From the NCBI GenBank assembly GCA_964057225.1, contig OZ059900.1, forward strand, positions 25,358,001 through 25,422,000: a DNA stretch of 64,000 nucleotides, written 5' to 3'. Below, piece after piece: positions 41,201 to 56,067 of this stretch (position 1 is the stretch's first letter; each line of letters opens with the position of its first letter). A program made the position numbers and the translations under genes. Source of the DNA: Auanema rhodensis. Lineage: Eukaryota > Animalia > Nematoda. The notes under the pieces were generated by a model. It was not told the origin of the DNA, searched no databases, and was given only the letters and a program-made list of their open reading frames with translations.

Positions 41201-44200
41201 AGTGTTCAGCATGTGAAATGCTTTATTTTAGTATGTAACACGCTGAAATTTGTTGCATTTGACGACTCATATGAACAAAAATCGATTTAATCAATATTAG
41301 CCATAAGGGGCGTGCCCTCAGAATATGCTAATTTCCTTAATTTTCTAACCCCTGTTTTTTTGTCGTGAAAGTGGAACTAGACGTTGTACGAACAATTTTG
41401 AGCTAGGTTTCATTGACATTGCATGAGTTTGAACACATGAAATCGTAAGTCAAAACCTTGTTTACAGCGAAATTTCCAAAAACTGGTTTTCCAGCATAAT
41501 AAAATATTTCTCATGGGAAATACTGTGTTTTTGTATTTTTCTAGTGTTCAGCATGTAAAATGCTTCATTTTAGTATGTAACACGCTGAAATTCGTTGCAT
41601 TTGACGACTCATATGAACAAAAATCGATTTAATCAATATTAGCCATAAGGGGCGTGCCCTCAGAATATGCTAATTTCCTTAATTTTCTAACCCCTGTTTT
41701 TTTGTCGTGAAAGTGGAACTAGACGTTGTACGAACAATTTTGAGCTAGGTTTCATTGACATTGCATCAGTTTGAACACATGAAATCGTAAGTCAAAACCT
41801 TGTTTACAGCGAAATTTCCAAAAACTGGTTTTGCAGCATAATAAAATATTTCTCATGGGAAATACTGTGTTTTTGTACTTTTCTAGTGTTCAGCATGTAA
41901 AATGCTTCATTTTAGTATGTAACACGCTGAAATTCGTTGCATTTGACGACTCATATGAACAAAAATCGATTTATTCAATATTAGCCATAAGGGGCGTGCC
42001 CTCAGAATATGCTAATTTCCTTAATTTTCTAACCCCTGTTTTTTTGTCGTGAAAGTGGAACTAGACGTTGTACGAACAATTTTGAGCTAGGTTTCATTGA
42101 CATTGCATGAGTTTGAACACATGAAATCGTAAGTCAAAACCTTGTTTACAGCGAAATTTCCAAAAACTGGTTTTCCAGCATAATAAAATATTTCTCATGG
42201 GAAAAACTGTGTTTTTGTATTTTTCTAGTGTTCAGCATGTAAAATGCTTCATTTTAGTATGTAACACACTGAAGTTGCATTTGACGACTCATATGAACAA
42301 AAATCGATTTAATCAATATTAGCCATAAGGGGCGTGCCCTCAGAATATGCTAATTTCTTTATTTTTCTAACCCCTGTTTTTTGTCGTGAAAGTGGAACTA
42401 GACGTTGTACGAACAATTTTGAGCTAGGTTTCATTGACATTGCATGAGTTTGAACACATGAAATCGTAAGTCAAAACCTTGTTTACAGCGAAATTTCCAA
42501 AAACTGGTTTTCCAGCATAATAAAATATTTCTCATGGGAAATACTGTGTTTTTGTATTTTTCTAGTGTTCAGCATGTAAAATGCTTCATTTTAGTATGTA
42601 ACACGCTGAAATTCGTTGCATTTGACGACTCATATGAACAAAAATCGATTTAATCAATATTAGCCATAAGGGGCGTGCCCTCAGAATATGCTAATTTCCT
42701 TAATTTTCTAACCCCTGTTTTTTTGTCGTGAAAGTGGAACTAGACGTTGTACGAACAATTTTGAGCTAGGTTTCATTGACATTGCATGAGTTTGAACACA
42801 TGAAATCGTAAGTCAAAACCTTGTTTACAGCGAAATTTCCAAAAACTGGTTTTCCAGCATAATAAAATATTTCTCAAGGGAAAAACTGTGTTTTTATATT
42901 TTTCTAGTGTTCAGCATGTGAAATGCTTTATTTTAGTATGTAACACGCTGAAATTTGTTGCATTTGACGACTCATATGAACAAAAATCGATTTAATCAAT
43001 ATTAGCCATAAGGGGCGTGCCCTCAGAATATGCTAATTTCCTTAATTTTCTAACCCCTGTTTTTTTGTCGTGAAAGTGGAACTAGACGTTGTACGAACAA
43101 TTTTGAGCTAGGTTTCATTGACATTGCATGAGTTTGAACACATGAAATCGTAAGTCAAAACCTTGTTTACAGCGAAATTTCCAAAAACTGGTTTTCCAGC
43201 ATAATAAAATATTTCTCATGGGAAATACTGTGTTTTTGTATTTTTCTAGTGTTCAGCATGTAAAATGCTTCATTTTAGTATGTAACACGCTGAAATTCGT
43301 TGCATTTGACGACTCATATGAACAAAAATCGATTTATTCAATATTAGCCATAAGGGGCGTGCCCTCAGAATATGCTAATTTCCTTAATTTTCTAACCCCT
43401 GTTTTTTTGTCGTGAAAGTGGAACTAGACGTTGTACGAACAATTTTGAGCTAGGTTTCATTGACATTGCATGAGTTTGAACACATGAAATCGTAAGTCAA
43501 AACCTTGTTTACAGCGAAATTTCCAAAAACTGGTTTTCCAGCATAATAAAATATTTCTCATGGGAAAAACTGTGTTTTTGTATTTTTCTAGTGTTCAGCA
43601 TGTAAAATGCTTCATTTTAGTATGTAACACACTGAAGTTGCATTTGACGACTCATATGAACAAAAATCGATTTAATCAATATTAGCCATAAGGGGCGTGC
43701 CCTCAGAATATGCTAATTTCTTTATTTTTCTAACCCCTGTTTTTTGTCGTGAAAGTGGAACTAGACGTTGTACGAACAATTTTGAGCTAGGTTTCATTGA
43801 CATTGCATGAGTTTGAACACATGAAATCGTAAGTCAAAACCTTGTTTACAGCGAAATTTCCAAAAACTGGTTTTCCAGCATAATAAAATATTTCTCATGG
43901 GAAATACTGTGTTTTTGTATTTTTCTAGTGTTCAGCATGTAAAATGCTTCATTTTAGTATGTAACACGCTGAAATTCGTTGCATTTGACGACTCATATGA
44001 ACAAAAATCGATTTAATCAATATTAGCCATAAGGGGCGTGCCCTCAGAATATGCTAATTTCCTTAATTTTCTAACCCCTGTTTTTTTGTCGTGAAAGTGG
44101 AACTAGACGTTGTACGAACAATTTTGAGCTAGGTTTCATTGACATTGCATGAGTTTGAACACATGAAATCGTAAGTCAAAACCTTGTTTACAGCGAAATT

Positions 44201-47200
44201 TCCAAAAACTGGTTTTCCAGCATAATAAAATATTTCTCATGGGAAATACTGTGTTTTTGTATTTTTCTAGTGTTCAGCATGTAAAATGCTTCATTTTAGT
44301 ATGTAACACGCTGAAATTCGTTGCATTTGACGACTCATATGAACAAAAATCGATTTAATCAATATTAGCCATAAGGGGAGTGCCCTCAGAATATGCTAAT
44401 TTCCTTAATTTTCTAACCCCTGTTTTTTTGTCGTGAAAGTGGAACTAGACGTTGTACGAACAATTTTGAGCTAGGTTTCATTGACATTGCATGAGTTTGA
44501 ACACATGAAATCGTAAGTCAAAACCTTGTTTACAGCGAAATTTCCAAAAACTGGTTTTCCAGCATAATAAAATATTTGTCATGGGAAATACTGTGTTTTT
44601 GTATTTTTCTAGTGTTCAGCATGTAAAATGCTTCATTTTAGTATGTAACACGCTGTAATTCGTTGCATTTGACGACTCATATGAACAAAAATCGATTTAA
44701 TCAATATTAGCCATAAGGGGCGTGCCCTCAGAATATGCTAATTTCCTTAATTTTCTAACCCCTGTTTTTTTGTCGTGAAAGTGGAACTAGACGTTGTACG
44801 AACAATTTTGAGCTAGGTTTCATTGACATTGCATCGGTTTGAACACATGAAATCGTAAGTCAAAACCTTGTTTACAGCGAAATTTCCAAAAACTGGTTTT
44901 CCAGCATAATAAAATATTTCTCATGGGAAATACTGTGTTTTTGTATTTTTCTAGTGTTCAGCATGTAAAATGCTTCATTTTAGTATGTAACACGCTGAAA
45001 TTCGTTGCATTTGACGACTCATATGAACAAAAATCGATTTAATCAATATTAGCCATAAGGGGCGTGCCCTCAGAATATGCTAATTTCCTTAATTTTCTAA
45101 CCCCTGTTTTTTTGTCGTGAAAGTGGAACTAGACGTTGTACGAACAATTTTGAGCTAGGTTTCATTGACATTGCATGAGTTTGAACACATGAAATCGTAA
45201 GTCAAAACCTTGTTTACAGCGAAATTTCCAAAAACTGGTTTTCCAGCATAATAAAATATTTCTCATGGGAAATACTGTGTTTTTGTATTTTTCTAGTGTT
45301 CAGCATGTAAGATGCTTTATTTTAGTATGTAACACGCTGAAATTCGTTGCATTTGACGACTCATATGAACAAAAATCGATTTAATCAATATTAGCCATAA
45401 GGGGCGTGCCCTCAGAATATGCTAATTTCCTTAATTTTCTAACCCCTGTTTTTTTGTCGTGAAAGTGGAACTAGACGTTGTACGAACAATTTTGAGCTAG
45501 GTTTCATTGACATTGCATGAGTTTGAACACATGAAATCGTAAGTCAAAACCTTGTTTACAGCGAAATTTCCAAAAACTGGTTTTCCAGCATAATAAAATA
45601 TTTCTCATGGGAAATACTGTGTTTTTGTATTTTTCTAGTGTTCAGCATGTAAAATGCTTCATTTTAGTATGTAACACGCTGAAATTCGTTGCATTTGACG
45701 ACTCATATGAACAAAAATCGATGTAATCAATATTAGCCATAAGGGGCGTGCCCTCAGAATATGCTAATTTCCTTAATTTTCTAACCCCTGTTTTTTTGTC
45801 GTGAAAGTGGAACTAGACGTTGTACGAACAATTTTGAGCTAGGTTTCATTGACATTGCATCAGTTTGAACACATGAAATCGTAAGTCAAAACCTTGTTTA
45901 CAGCGAAATTTCCAAAAACTGGTTTTGCAGCATAATAAAATATTTCTCATGGGAAATACTGTGTTTTTGTATTTTTCTAGTGTTCAGCATGTAAAATGCT
46001 TCATTTTAGTATGTAACACGCTGAAATTCGTTGCATTTGACGACTCATATGAACAAAAATCGATTTATTCAATATTAGCCATAAGGGGCGTGCCCTCAGA
46101 ATATGCTAATTTCCTTAATTTTCTAACCCCTGTTTTGTTGTCGTGAAAGTGGAACTAGACGTTGTACGAACAATTTTGAGCTAGGTTTCATTGACATTGC
46201 ATGAGTTTGAACACATGAAATCGTAAGTCAAAACCTTGTTTACAGCGAAATTTCCAAAAACTGGTTTTCCAGCATAATAAAATATTTCTCATGGGAAATA
46301 CTGTGTTTTTGTATTTTTCTAGTGTTCAGCATGTAAAATGCTTCATTTTAGTATGTAACACGCTGAAATTCGTTGCATTTGACGACTCATATGAACAAAA
46401 ATCGATTTAATCAATATTAGCCATAAGGGGCGTGCCCTCAGAATATGCTAATTTCCTTAATTTTCTAACCCCTGTTTTTTTGTCGTGAAAGTGGAACTAG
46501 ACGTTGTACGAACAATTTTGAGCTAGGTTTCATTGACATTGCATGAGTTTGAACACATGAAATCGTAAGTCAAAACCTTGTTTACAGCGAAATTTCCAAA
46601 AACTGGTTTTCCAGCATAATAAAATATTTCTCATGGGAAATACTGTGTTTTTGTATTTTTCTAGTGTTCAGCATGTAAGATGCTTTATTTTAGTATGTAA
46701 CACGCTGAAATTCGTTGCATTTGACGACTCATATGAACAAAAATCGATTTAATCAATATTAGCCATAAGGGGCGTGCCCTCAGAATATGCTAATTTCCTT
46801 AATTTTCTAACCCCTGTTTTTTTGTCGTGAAAGTGGAACTAGACGTTGTACGAACAATTTTGAGCTAGGTTTCATTGACATTGCATGAGTTTGAACACAT
46901 GAAATCGTAAGTCAAAACCTTGTTTACAGCGAAATTTCCAAAAACTGGTTTTCCAGCATAATAAAATATTTCTCATGGGAAATACTGTGTTTTTGTATTT
47001 TTCTAGTGTTCAGCATGTAAAATGCTTCATTTTAGTATGTAACACGCTGAAATTTGTTGCATTTGACGACTCATATGAACAAAAATCGATTTAATCAATA
47101 TTAGCCATAAGGGGCGTGCCCTCAGAATATGCTAATTTCCTTAATTTTCTAACCCCTGTTTTTTTGTCGTGAAAGTGGAACTAGACGTTGTACGAACAAT

Positions 47201-50200
47201 TTTGAGCTAGGTTTCATTGACATTGCATGAGTTTGAACACATGAAATCGTAAGTCAAAACCTTGTTTACAGCGAAATTTCCAAAAACTGGTTTTCCAGCA
47301 TAATAAAATATTTCTCAAGGGAAAAACTGTGTTTTTATATTTTTCTAGTGTTCAGCATGTGAAATGCTTTATTTTAGTATGTAACACGCTGAAATTTGTT
47401 GCATTTGACGACTCATATGAACAAAAATCGATTTAATCAATATTAGCCATAAGGGGCGTGCCCTCAGAATATGCTAATTTCCTTAATTTTCTAACCCCTG
47501 TTTTTTTGTCGTGAAAGTGGAACTAGACGTTGTACGAACAATTTTGAGCTAGGTTTCATTGACATTGCATCAGTTTGAACACATGAGATCGTAAGTCAAA
47601 ACCTTGTTTACAGCGAAATTTCCAAAAACTGGTTTTCCAGCATAATAAAATATTTCTCATGGGAAATACTGTGTTTTTGTATTTTTCTAGTGTTCAGCAT
47701 GTAAAATGCTTCATTTTAGTATGTAACACGCTGAAATTCGTTGCATTTGACGACTCATATGAACAAAAATCGATTTAATCAATATTAGCCATAAGGGGCG
47801 TGCCCTCAGAATATGCTAATTTCCTTAATTTTCTAACCCCTGTTTTTTTGTCGTGAAAGTGGAACTAGACGTTCTACGAACAATTTTGAGCTAGGTTTCA
47901 TTGACATTGCATGAGTTTGAACACATGAAATCGTAAGTCAAAACCTTGTTTACAGCGAAATTTCCAAAAACTGGTTTTCCAGCATAATAAAATATTTCTC
48001 ATGGGAAAAACTGTGTTTTTGTATTTTTCTAGTGTTCAGCATGTAAAATGCTTCATTTTAGTATGTAACACACTGAAATTTGTTGCATTTGACGACTCAT
48101 ATGAACAAAAATCGATTTAATCAATATTAGCCATAAGGGGCGTGCCCTCAAAATATGCTAATTTCCTTAATTTTCTAACCCCTGTTTTTTTGTCGTGAAA
48201 GTGGAACTAGACGTTGTACGAACAATTTTGAGCTAGGTTTCATTGACATTGCATGAGTTTGAACACATGAAATCGTAAGTCAAAACCTTGTTTACAGCGA
48301 AATTTCCAAAAACTGGTTTTCCAGCATAATAAAATATTTCTCAAGGGAAAAACTGTGTTTTTATATTTTTCTAGTGTTCAGCATGTGAAATGCTTCATTT
48401 TAGTATGTAACACGCTGAAATTTGTTGCATTTGACGACTCATATGAACAAAAATCGATTTAATCAATATTAGCCATAAGGGGCGTGCCCTCAGAATATGC
48501 TAATTTCCTTAATTTTCTAACCCCTGTTTTTTTGTCGTGAAAGTGGAACTAGACGTTGTACGAACAATTTTGAGCTAGGTTTCATTGACATTGCATGAGT
48601 TTGAACACATGAAATCGTAAGTCAAAACCTTGTTTACAGCGAAATTTCCAAAAACTGGTTTTCCAGCATAATACAATATTTCTCATGGGAAATACTGTGT
48701 TTTTGTATTTTTCTAGTGTTCAGAATGTAGAATGCTTCATTTTAGTATGTAACACGCTGAAATTCGTTGCATTTGACGACTCATATGAACAAAAATCGAT
48801 TTAATCAATATTAGCCATAAGGGGCGTGCCCTCAGAATATGCTAATTTCCTTAATTTTCTAACCCCTGTTTTTTTGTCGTGAAAGTGGAACTAGACGTTG
48901 TACGAACAATTTTGAGCTAGGTTTCATTGACATTGCATGAGTTTGAACACATGAAATCGTAAGTCAAAACCTTGTTTACAGCGAAATTTCCAAAAACTGG
49001 TTTTCCAGCATAATAAAATATTTCTCATGGGAAATACTGTGTTTTTGTATTTTTCTAGTGTTCAGCATGTAAAATGCTTTATTTTAGTATGTAACACGCT
49101 GAAATTCGTTGCATTTGACGACTCATATGAACAAAAATCGATTTAATCAATATTAGCCATAAGGGGCGTGCCCTCAGAATATGCTAATTTCCTTAATTTT
49201 CTAACCCCTGTTTTTTTGTCGTGAAAGTGGAACTAGACGTTGTACGAACAATTTTGAGCTAGGTTTTATTGACATTGCATGAGTTTGAACACATGAAATC
49301 GTAAGTCAAAACCTTGTTTACAGCGAAATTTCCAAAAACTGGTTTTCCAGCATAATAAAATATTTCTCATGGGAAATACTGTGTTTTTGTATTTTTCTAG
49401 TGTTCAGCATGTAAAATGCTTCATTTTAGTATGTAACACGCTGAAATTCGTTGCATTTGACGACTCATATGAACAAAAATCGATGTAATCAATATTAGCC
49501 ATAAGGGGCGTGCCCTCAGAATATGCTAATTTCCTTAATTTTCTAACCCCTGTTTTTTTGTCGTGAAAGTGGAACTAGACGTTGTACGAACAATTTTGAG
49601 CTAGGTTTCATTGACATTGCATCAGTTTGAACACATGAAATCGTAAGTCAAAACCTTGTTTACAGCGAAATTTCCAAAAACTGGTTTTGCAGCATAATAA
49701 AATATTTCTCATGGGAAATACTGTGTTTTTGTATTTTTCTAGTGTTCAGCATGTAAAATGCTTCATTTTAGTATGTAACACGCTGAAATTCGTTGCATTT
49801 GACGACTCATATGAACAAAAATCGATTTATTCAATATTAGCCATAAGGGGCGTGCCCTCAGAATATGCTAATTTCCTTAATTTTCTAACCCCTGTTTTTT
49901 TGTCGTGAAAGTGGAACTAGACGTTGTACGAACAATTTTGAGCTAGGTTTCATTGACATTGCATGAGTTTGAACAGATGAAATCGTAAGTCAAAACCTTG
50001 TTTACAGCGAAATTTCCAAAAACTGGTTTTCCAGCATAATAAAATATTTCTCATGGGAAATACTGTGTTTTTGTATTTTTCTAGTGTTCAGCATGTAAAA
50101 TGCTTCATTTTAGTATGTAACACGCTGAAATTCGTTGCATTTGACGACTCATATGAACAAAAATCGATTTAATCAATATTAGCCATAAGGGGCGTGCCCT

Positions 50201-53200
50201 CAGAATATGCTAATTTCCTTAATTTTCTAACCCCTGTTTTTTTGTCGTGAAAGTGGAACTAGACGTTGTACGAACAATTTTGAGCTAGGTTTCATTGACA
50301 TTGCATGAGTTTGAACACATGAAATCGTAAGTCAAAACCTTGTTTACAGCGAAATTTCCAAAAACTGGTTTTCCAGCATAATAAAATATTTCTCATGGGA
50401 AATACTGTGTTTTTGTATTTTTCTAGTGTTCAGCATGTAAAATGCTTCATTTTAGTATGTAACACGCTGAAATTCGTTGCATTTGACGACTCATATGAAC
50501 AAAAATCGATTTAATCAATATTAGCCATAAGGGGCGTGCCCTCAGAATATGCTAATTTCCTTAATTTTCTAACCCCTGTTTTTTTGTCGTGAAAGTGGAA
50601 CTAGACGTTCTACGAACAATTTTGAGCTAGGTTTCATTGACATTGCATGAGTTTGAACACATGAAATCGTAAGTCAAAACCTTGTTTACAGCGAAATTTC
50701 CAAAAACTGGTTTTCCAGCATAATAAAATATTTCTCATGGGAAATACTGTGTTTTTGTATTTTTCTAGTGTTCAGCATGTAAAATGCTTCATTTTAGTAT
50801 GTAACACGCTGAAATTCGTTGCATTTGACGACTCATATGAACAAAAATCGATTTAATCAATATTAGCCATAAGGGGCGTGCCCTCAGAATATGCTAATTT
50901 CCTTAATTTTCTAACCCCTGTTTTTTTGTCGTGAAAGTGGAACTAGACGTTGTACGAACAATTTTGAGCTAGGTTTTATTGACATTGCATGAGTTTGAAC
51001 ACATGAAATCGTAAGTCAAAACCTTGTTTACAGCGAAATTTCCAAAAACTGGTTTTCCAGCATAATAAAATATTTCTCATGGGAAATACTGTGTTTTTGT
51101 ATTTTTCTAGTGTTCAGCATGTAAAATGCTTCATTTTAGTATGTAACACGCTGAAATTCGTTGCATTTGACGACTCATATGAACAAAAATCGATTTAATC
51201 AATATTAGCCATAAGGGGCGTGCCCTCAGAACATGCTAATTTCCTTAATTTTCTAACCCCTGTTTTTTTGTCGTGAAAGTGGAACTAGACGTTGTACGAA
51301 CAATTTTGAGCTAGGTTTTATTGACATTGCATCAGTTTGAACACATGAAATCGTAAGTCAAAACCTTGTTTACAGCGAAATTTCCAAAAACTGGTTTTGC
51401 AGCATAATAAAATATTTCTCATGGGAAATACTGTGTTTTTGTATTTTTCTAGTGTTCAGCATGTAAAATGCTTCATTTTAGTATGTAACACGCTGAAATT
51501 CGTTGCATTTGACGACTCATATGAACAAAAATCGATGTAATCAATATTAGCCATAAGGGGCGTGCCCTCAGAATATGCTAATTTCCTTAATTTTCTAACC
51601 CCTGTTTTTTTGTCGTGAAAGTGGAACTAGACGTTGTACGAACAATTTTGAGCTAGGTTTCATTGACATTGCATCAGTTTGAACACATGAAATCGTAAGT
51701 CAAAACCTTGTTTACAGCGAAATTTCCAAAAACTGGTTTTGCAGCATAATAAAATATTTCTCATGGGAAATACTGTGTTTTTGTATTTTTCTAGTGTTCA
51801 GCATGTAAAATGCTTCATTTTAGTATGTAACACGCTGAAATTCGTTGCATTTGACGACTCATATGAACAAAAATCGATTTATTCAATATTAGCCATAAGG
51901 GGCGTGCCCTCAGAATATGCTAATTTCCTTAATTTTCTAACCCCTGTTTTTTTGTCGTGAAAGTGGAACTAGACGTTGTACGAACAATTTTGAGCTAGGT
52001 TTCATTGACATTGCATGAGTTTGAACAGATGAAATCGTAAGTCAAAACCTTGTTTACAGCGAAATTTCCAAAAACTGGTTTTCCAGCATAATAAAATATT
52101 TCTCATGGGAAATACTGTGTTTTTGTATTTTTCTAGTGTTCAGCATGTAAAATGCTTCATTTTAGTATGTAACACGCTGAAATTCGTTGCATTTGACGAC
52201 TCATATGAACAAAAATCGATTTAATCAATATTAGCCATAAGGGGCGTGCCCTCAGAATATGCTAATTTCCTTAATTTTCTAACCCCTGTTTTTTTGTCGT
52301 GAAAGTGGAACTAGACGTTGTACGAACAATTTTGAGCTAGGTTTTATTGACATTGCATGAGTTTGAACACATGAAATCGTAAGTCAAAACCTTGTTTACA
52401 GCGAAATTTCCAAAAACTGGTTTTCCAGCATAATAAAATATTTCTCATGGGAAATACTGTGTTTTTGTATTTTTCTAGTGTTCAGCATGTAAAATGCTTC
52501 ATTTTAGTATGTAACACGCTGAAATTCGTTGCATTTGACGACTCATATGAACAAAAATCGATGTAATCAATATTAGCCATAAGGGGCGTGCCCTCAGAAT
52601 ATGCTAATTTCCTTAATTTTCTAACCCCTGTTTTTTTGTCGTGAAAGTGGAACTAGACGTTGTACGAACAATTTTGAGCTAGGTTTCATTGACATTGCAT
52701 CAGTTTGAACACATGAAATCGTAAGTCAAAACCTTGTTTACAGCGAAATTTCCAAAAACTGGTTTTGCAGCATAATAAAATATTTCTCATGGGAAATACT
52801 GTGTTTTTGTATTTTTCTAGTGTTCAGCATGTAAAATGCTTCATTTTAGTATGTAACACGCTGAAATTCGTTGCATTTGACGACTCATATGAACAAAAAT
52901 CGATTTATTCAATATTAGCCATAAGGGGCGTGCCCTCAGAATATGCTAATTTCCTTAATTTTCTAACCCCTGTTTTTTTGTCGTGAAAGTGGAACTAGAC
53001 GTTGTACGAACAATTTTGAGCTAGGTTTCATTGACATTGCATGAGTTTGAACAGATGAAATCGTAAGTCAAAACCTTGTTTACAGCGAAATTTCCAAAAA
53101 CTGGTTTTCCAGCATAATAAAATATTTCTCATGGGAAATACTGTGTTTTTGTATTTTTCTAGTGTTCAGCATGTAAAATGCTTCATTTTAGTATGTAACA

Positions 53201-56067
53201 CGCTGAAATTCGTTGCATTTGACGACTCATATGAACAAAAATCGATTTAATCAATATTAGCCATAAGGGGCGTGCCCTCAGAATATGCTAATTTCCTTAA
53301 TTTTCTAACCCCTGTTTTTTTGTCGTGAAAGTGGAACTAGACGTTGTACGAACAATTTTGAGCTAGGTTTCATTGACATTGCATGAGTTTGAACACATGA
53401 AATCGTAAGTCAAAACCTTGTTTACAGCGAAATTTCCAAAAACTGGTTTTCCAGCATAATAAAATATTTCTCATGGGAAATACTGTGTTTTTGTATTTTT
53501 CTAGTGTTCAGCATGTAAAATGCTTCATTTTAGTATGTAACACGCTGAAATTCGTTGCATTTGACGACTCATATGAACAAAAATCGATTTAATCAATATT
53601 AGCCATAAGGGGCGTGCCCTCAGAATATGCTAATTTCCTTAATTTTCTAACCCCTGTTTTTTTGTCGTGAAAGTGGAACTAGACGTTGTACGAACAATTT
53701 TGAGCTAGGTTTTATTGACATTGCATGAGTTTGAACACATGAAATCGTAAGTCAAAACCTTGTTTACAGCGAAATTTCCAAAAACTGGTTTTCCAGCATA
53801 ATAAAATATTTCTCATGGGAAATACTGTGTTTTTGTATTTTTCTAGTGTTCAGCATGTAAAATGCTTCATTTTAGTATGTAACACGCTGAAATTCGTTGC
53901 ATTTGACGACTCATATGAACAAAAATCGATGTAATCAATATTAGCCATAAGGGGCGTGCCCTCAGAATATGCTAATTTCCTTAATTTTCTAACCCCTGTT
54001 TTTTTGTCGTGAAAGTGGAACTAGACGTTGTACGAACAATTTTGAGCTAGGTTTCATTGACATTGCATCAGTTTGAACACATGAAATCGTAAGTCAAAAC
54101 CTTGTTTACAGCGAAATTTCCAAAAACTGGTTTTGCAGCATAATAAAATATTTCTCATGGGAAATACTGTGTTTTTGTATTTTTCTAGTGTTCAGCATGT
54201 AAAATGCTTCATTTTAGTATGTAACACGCTGAAATTCGTTGCATTTGACGACTCATATGAACAAAAATCGATTTATTCAATATTAGCCATAAGGGGCGTG
54301 CCCTCAGAATATGCTAATTTCCTTAATTTTCTAACCCCTGTTTTTTTGTCGTGAAAGTGGAACTAGACGTTGTACGAACAATTTTGAGCTAGGTTTCATT
54401 GACATTGCATGAGTTTGAACAGATGAAATCGTAAGTCAAAACCTTGTTTACAGCGAAATTTCCAAAAACTGGTTTTCCAGCATAATAAAATATTTCTCAT
54501 GGGAAATACTGTGTTTTTGTATTTTTCTAGTGTTCAGCATGTAAAATGCTTCATTTTAGTATGTAACACGCTGAAATTCGTTGCATTTGACGACTCATAT
54601 GAACAAAAATCGATGTAATCAATATTAGCCATAAGGGGCGTGCCCTCAGAATATGCTAATTTCCTTAATTTTCTAACCCCTGTTTTTTTGTCGTGAAAGT
54701 GGAACTAGACGTTGTACGAACAATTTTGAGCTAGGTTTCATTGACATTGCATCAGTTTGAACACATGAAATCGTAAGTCAAAACCTTGTTTACAGCGAAA
54801 TTTCCAAAAACTGGTTTTGCAGCATAATAAAATATTTCTCATGGGAAATACTGTGTTTTTGTATTTTTCTAGTGTTCAGCATGTAAAATGCTTCATTTTA
54901 GTATGTAACACGCTGAAATTCGTTGCATTTGACGACTCATATGAACAAAAATCGATTTAATCAATATTAGCCATAAGGGGCGTGCCCTCAGAATATGCTA
55001 ATTTCCTTAATTTTCTAACCCCTGTTTTTTTGTCGTGAAAGTGGAACTAGACGTTGTACGAACAATTTTGAGCTAGGTTTCATTGACATTGCATGAGTTT
55101 GAACACATGAAATCGTAAGTCAAAACCTTGTTTACAGCGAAATTTCCAAAAACTGGTTTTCCAGCATAATAAAATATTTCTCATGGGAAATACTGTGTTT
55201 TTGTATTTTTCTAGTGTTCAGCATGTAAAATGCCTCATTTTAGTATGTAACACGCTGAAATTCGTTGCATTTGACGACTCATATGAACAAAAATCGATTT
55301 AATCAACATTAGCCATAAGGGGCGTGCCCTCAGAATATGCTAATTTCCTTAATTTTCTAACCCCTGTTTTTTTGTCGTGAAAGTGGAACTAGACGTTGTA
55401 CGAACAATTTTGAGCTAGGTTTTATTGACATTGCATGAGTTTGAACACATGAAATCGTAAGTCAAAACCTTGTTTACAGCGAAATTTCCAAAAACTGGTT
55501 TTCCAGCATAATAAAATATTTCTCATGGGAAATACTGTGTTTTTGTATTTTTCTAGTGTTCAGCATGTATAATGCTTCATTTTAGTATGTAACACGCTGA
55601 AATTCGTTGCATTTGACGACTCATATGAACAAAAATCGATTTAATCAATATTAGCCATAAGGGGCGTGCCCTCAGAATATGCTAATTTCCTTAATTTTCT
55701 AACCCCTGTTTTTTTGTCGTGAAAGTGGAACTAGACGTTGTACGAACAATTTTGAGCTAGGTTTCATTGACATTGCATGAGTTTGAACACATGAAATCGT
55801 AAGTCAAAACCTTGTTTACAGCGAAATTTCCAAAAACTGGTTTTCCAGCATAATAAAATATTTCTCATGGGAAATACTGTGTTTTTGTATTTTTCTAGTG
55901 TTCAGCATGTAAAATGCTTCATTTTAGTATGTAACACGCTGAAATTCGTTGCATTTGACGACTCATATGAACAAAAATCGATTTAATCAATATTAGCCAT
56001 AAGGGGCGTGCCCTCAGAATATGCTAATTTCCTTAATTTTCTAACCCCTGTTTTTTTGTCGTGAAAG
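38294..56067 (+). repeat. Variant domain III: near-consensus monomers with CATCAG, TTTGCAG, TTTATTC, GATGTAA, AACAGAT and TAAGATG variants
   Basis: Many monomers match consensus or carry 1-3 changes. The TTTATTC variant (the SIYS ORFs) is confined to about 41.7-54.4 kb. Confidence 0.75.
49228..55041 (+). repeat. Emerging 3-mer/4-mer HOR: [TTTTATT+GATGTAA]-[CATCAG+TTGCAG+TTATTC]-[AACAGAT]
   Basis: ORF-track spacings 49687->51739 = 2052 (6 units), 51739->52765 = 1026 (3 units), 52765->54133 = 1368 (4 units). Confidence 0.82.

Noticed and set aside
1510-54354. Repeated 61-73 aa + strand ORFs (MGNTVFLYF.../MFLYFF.../MQHNK...)
   Set aside because: All are one monomer-internal frame. The consensus has ATT TAA at monomer position ~259, and the ORF appears only where variants give TTA or TAT. 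Most copies are stopped, many starts are GTG/TTG, and I recognise no protein family. They are useful only as markers of monomer type.
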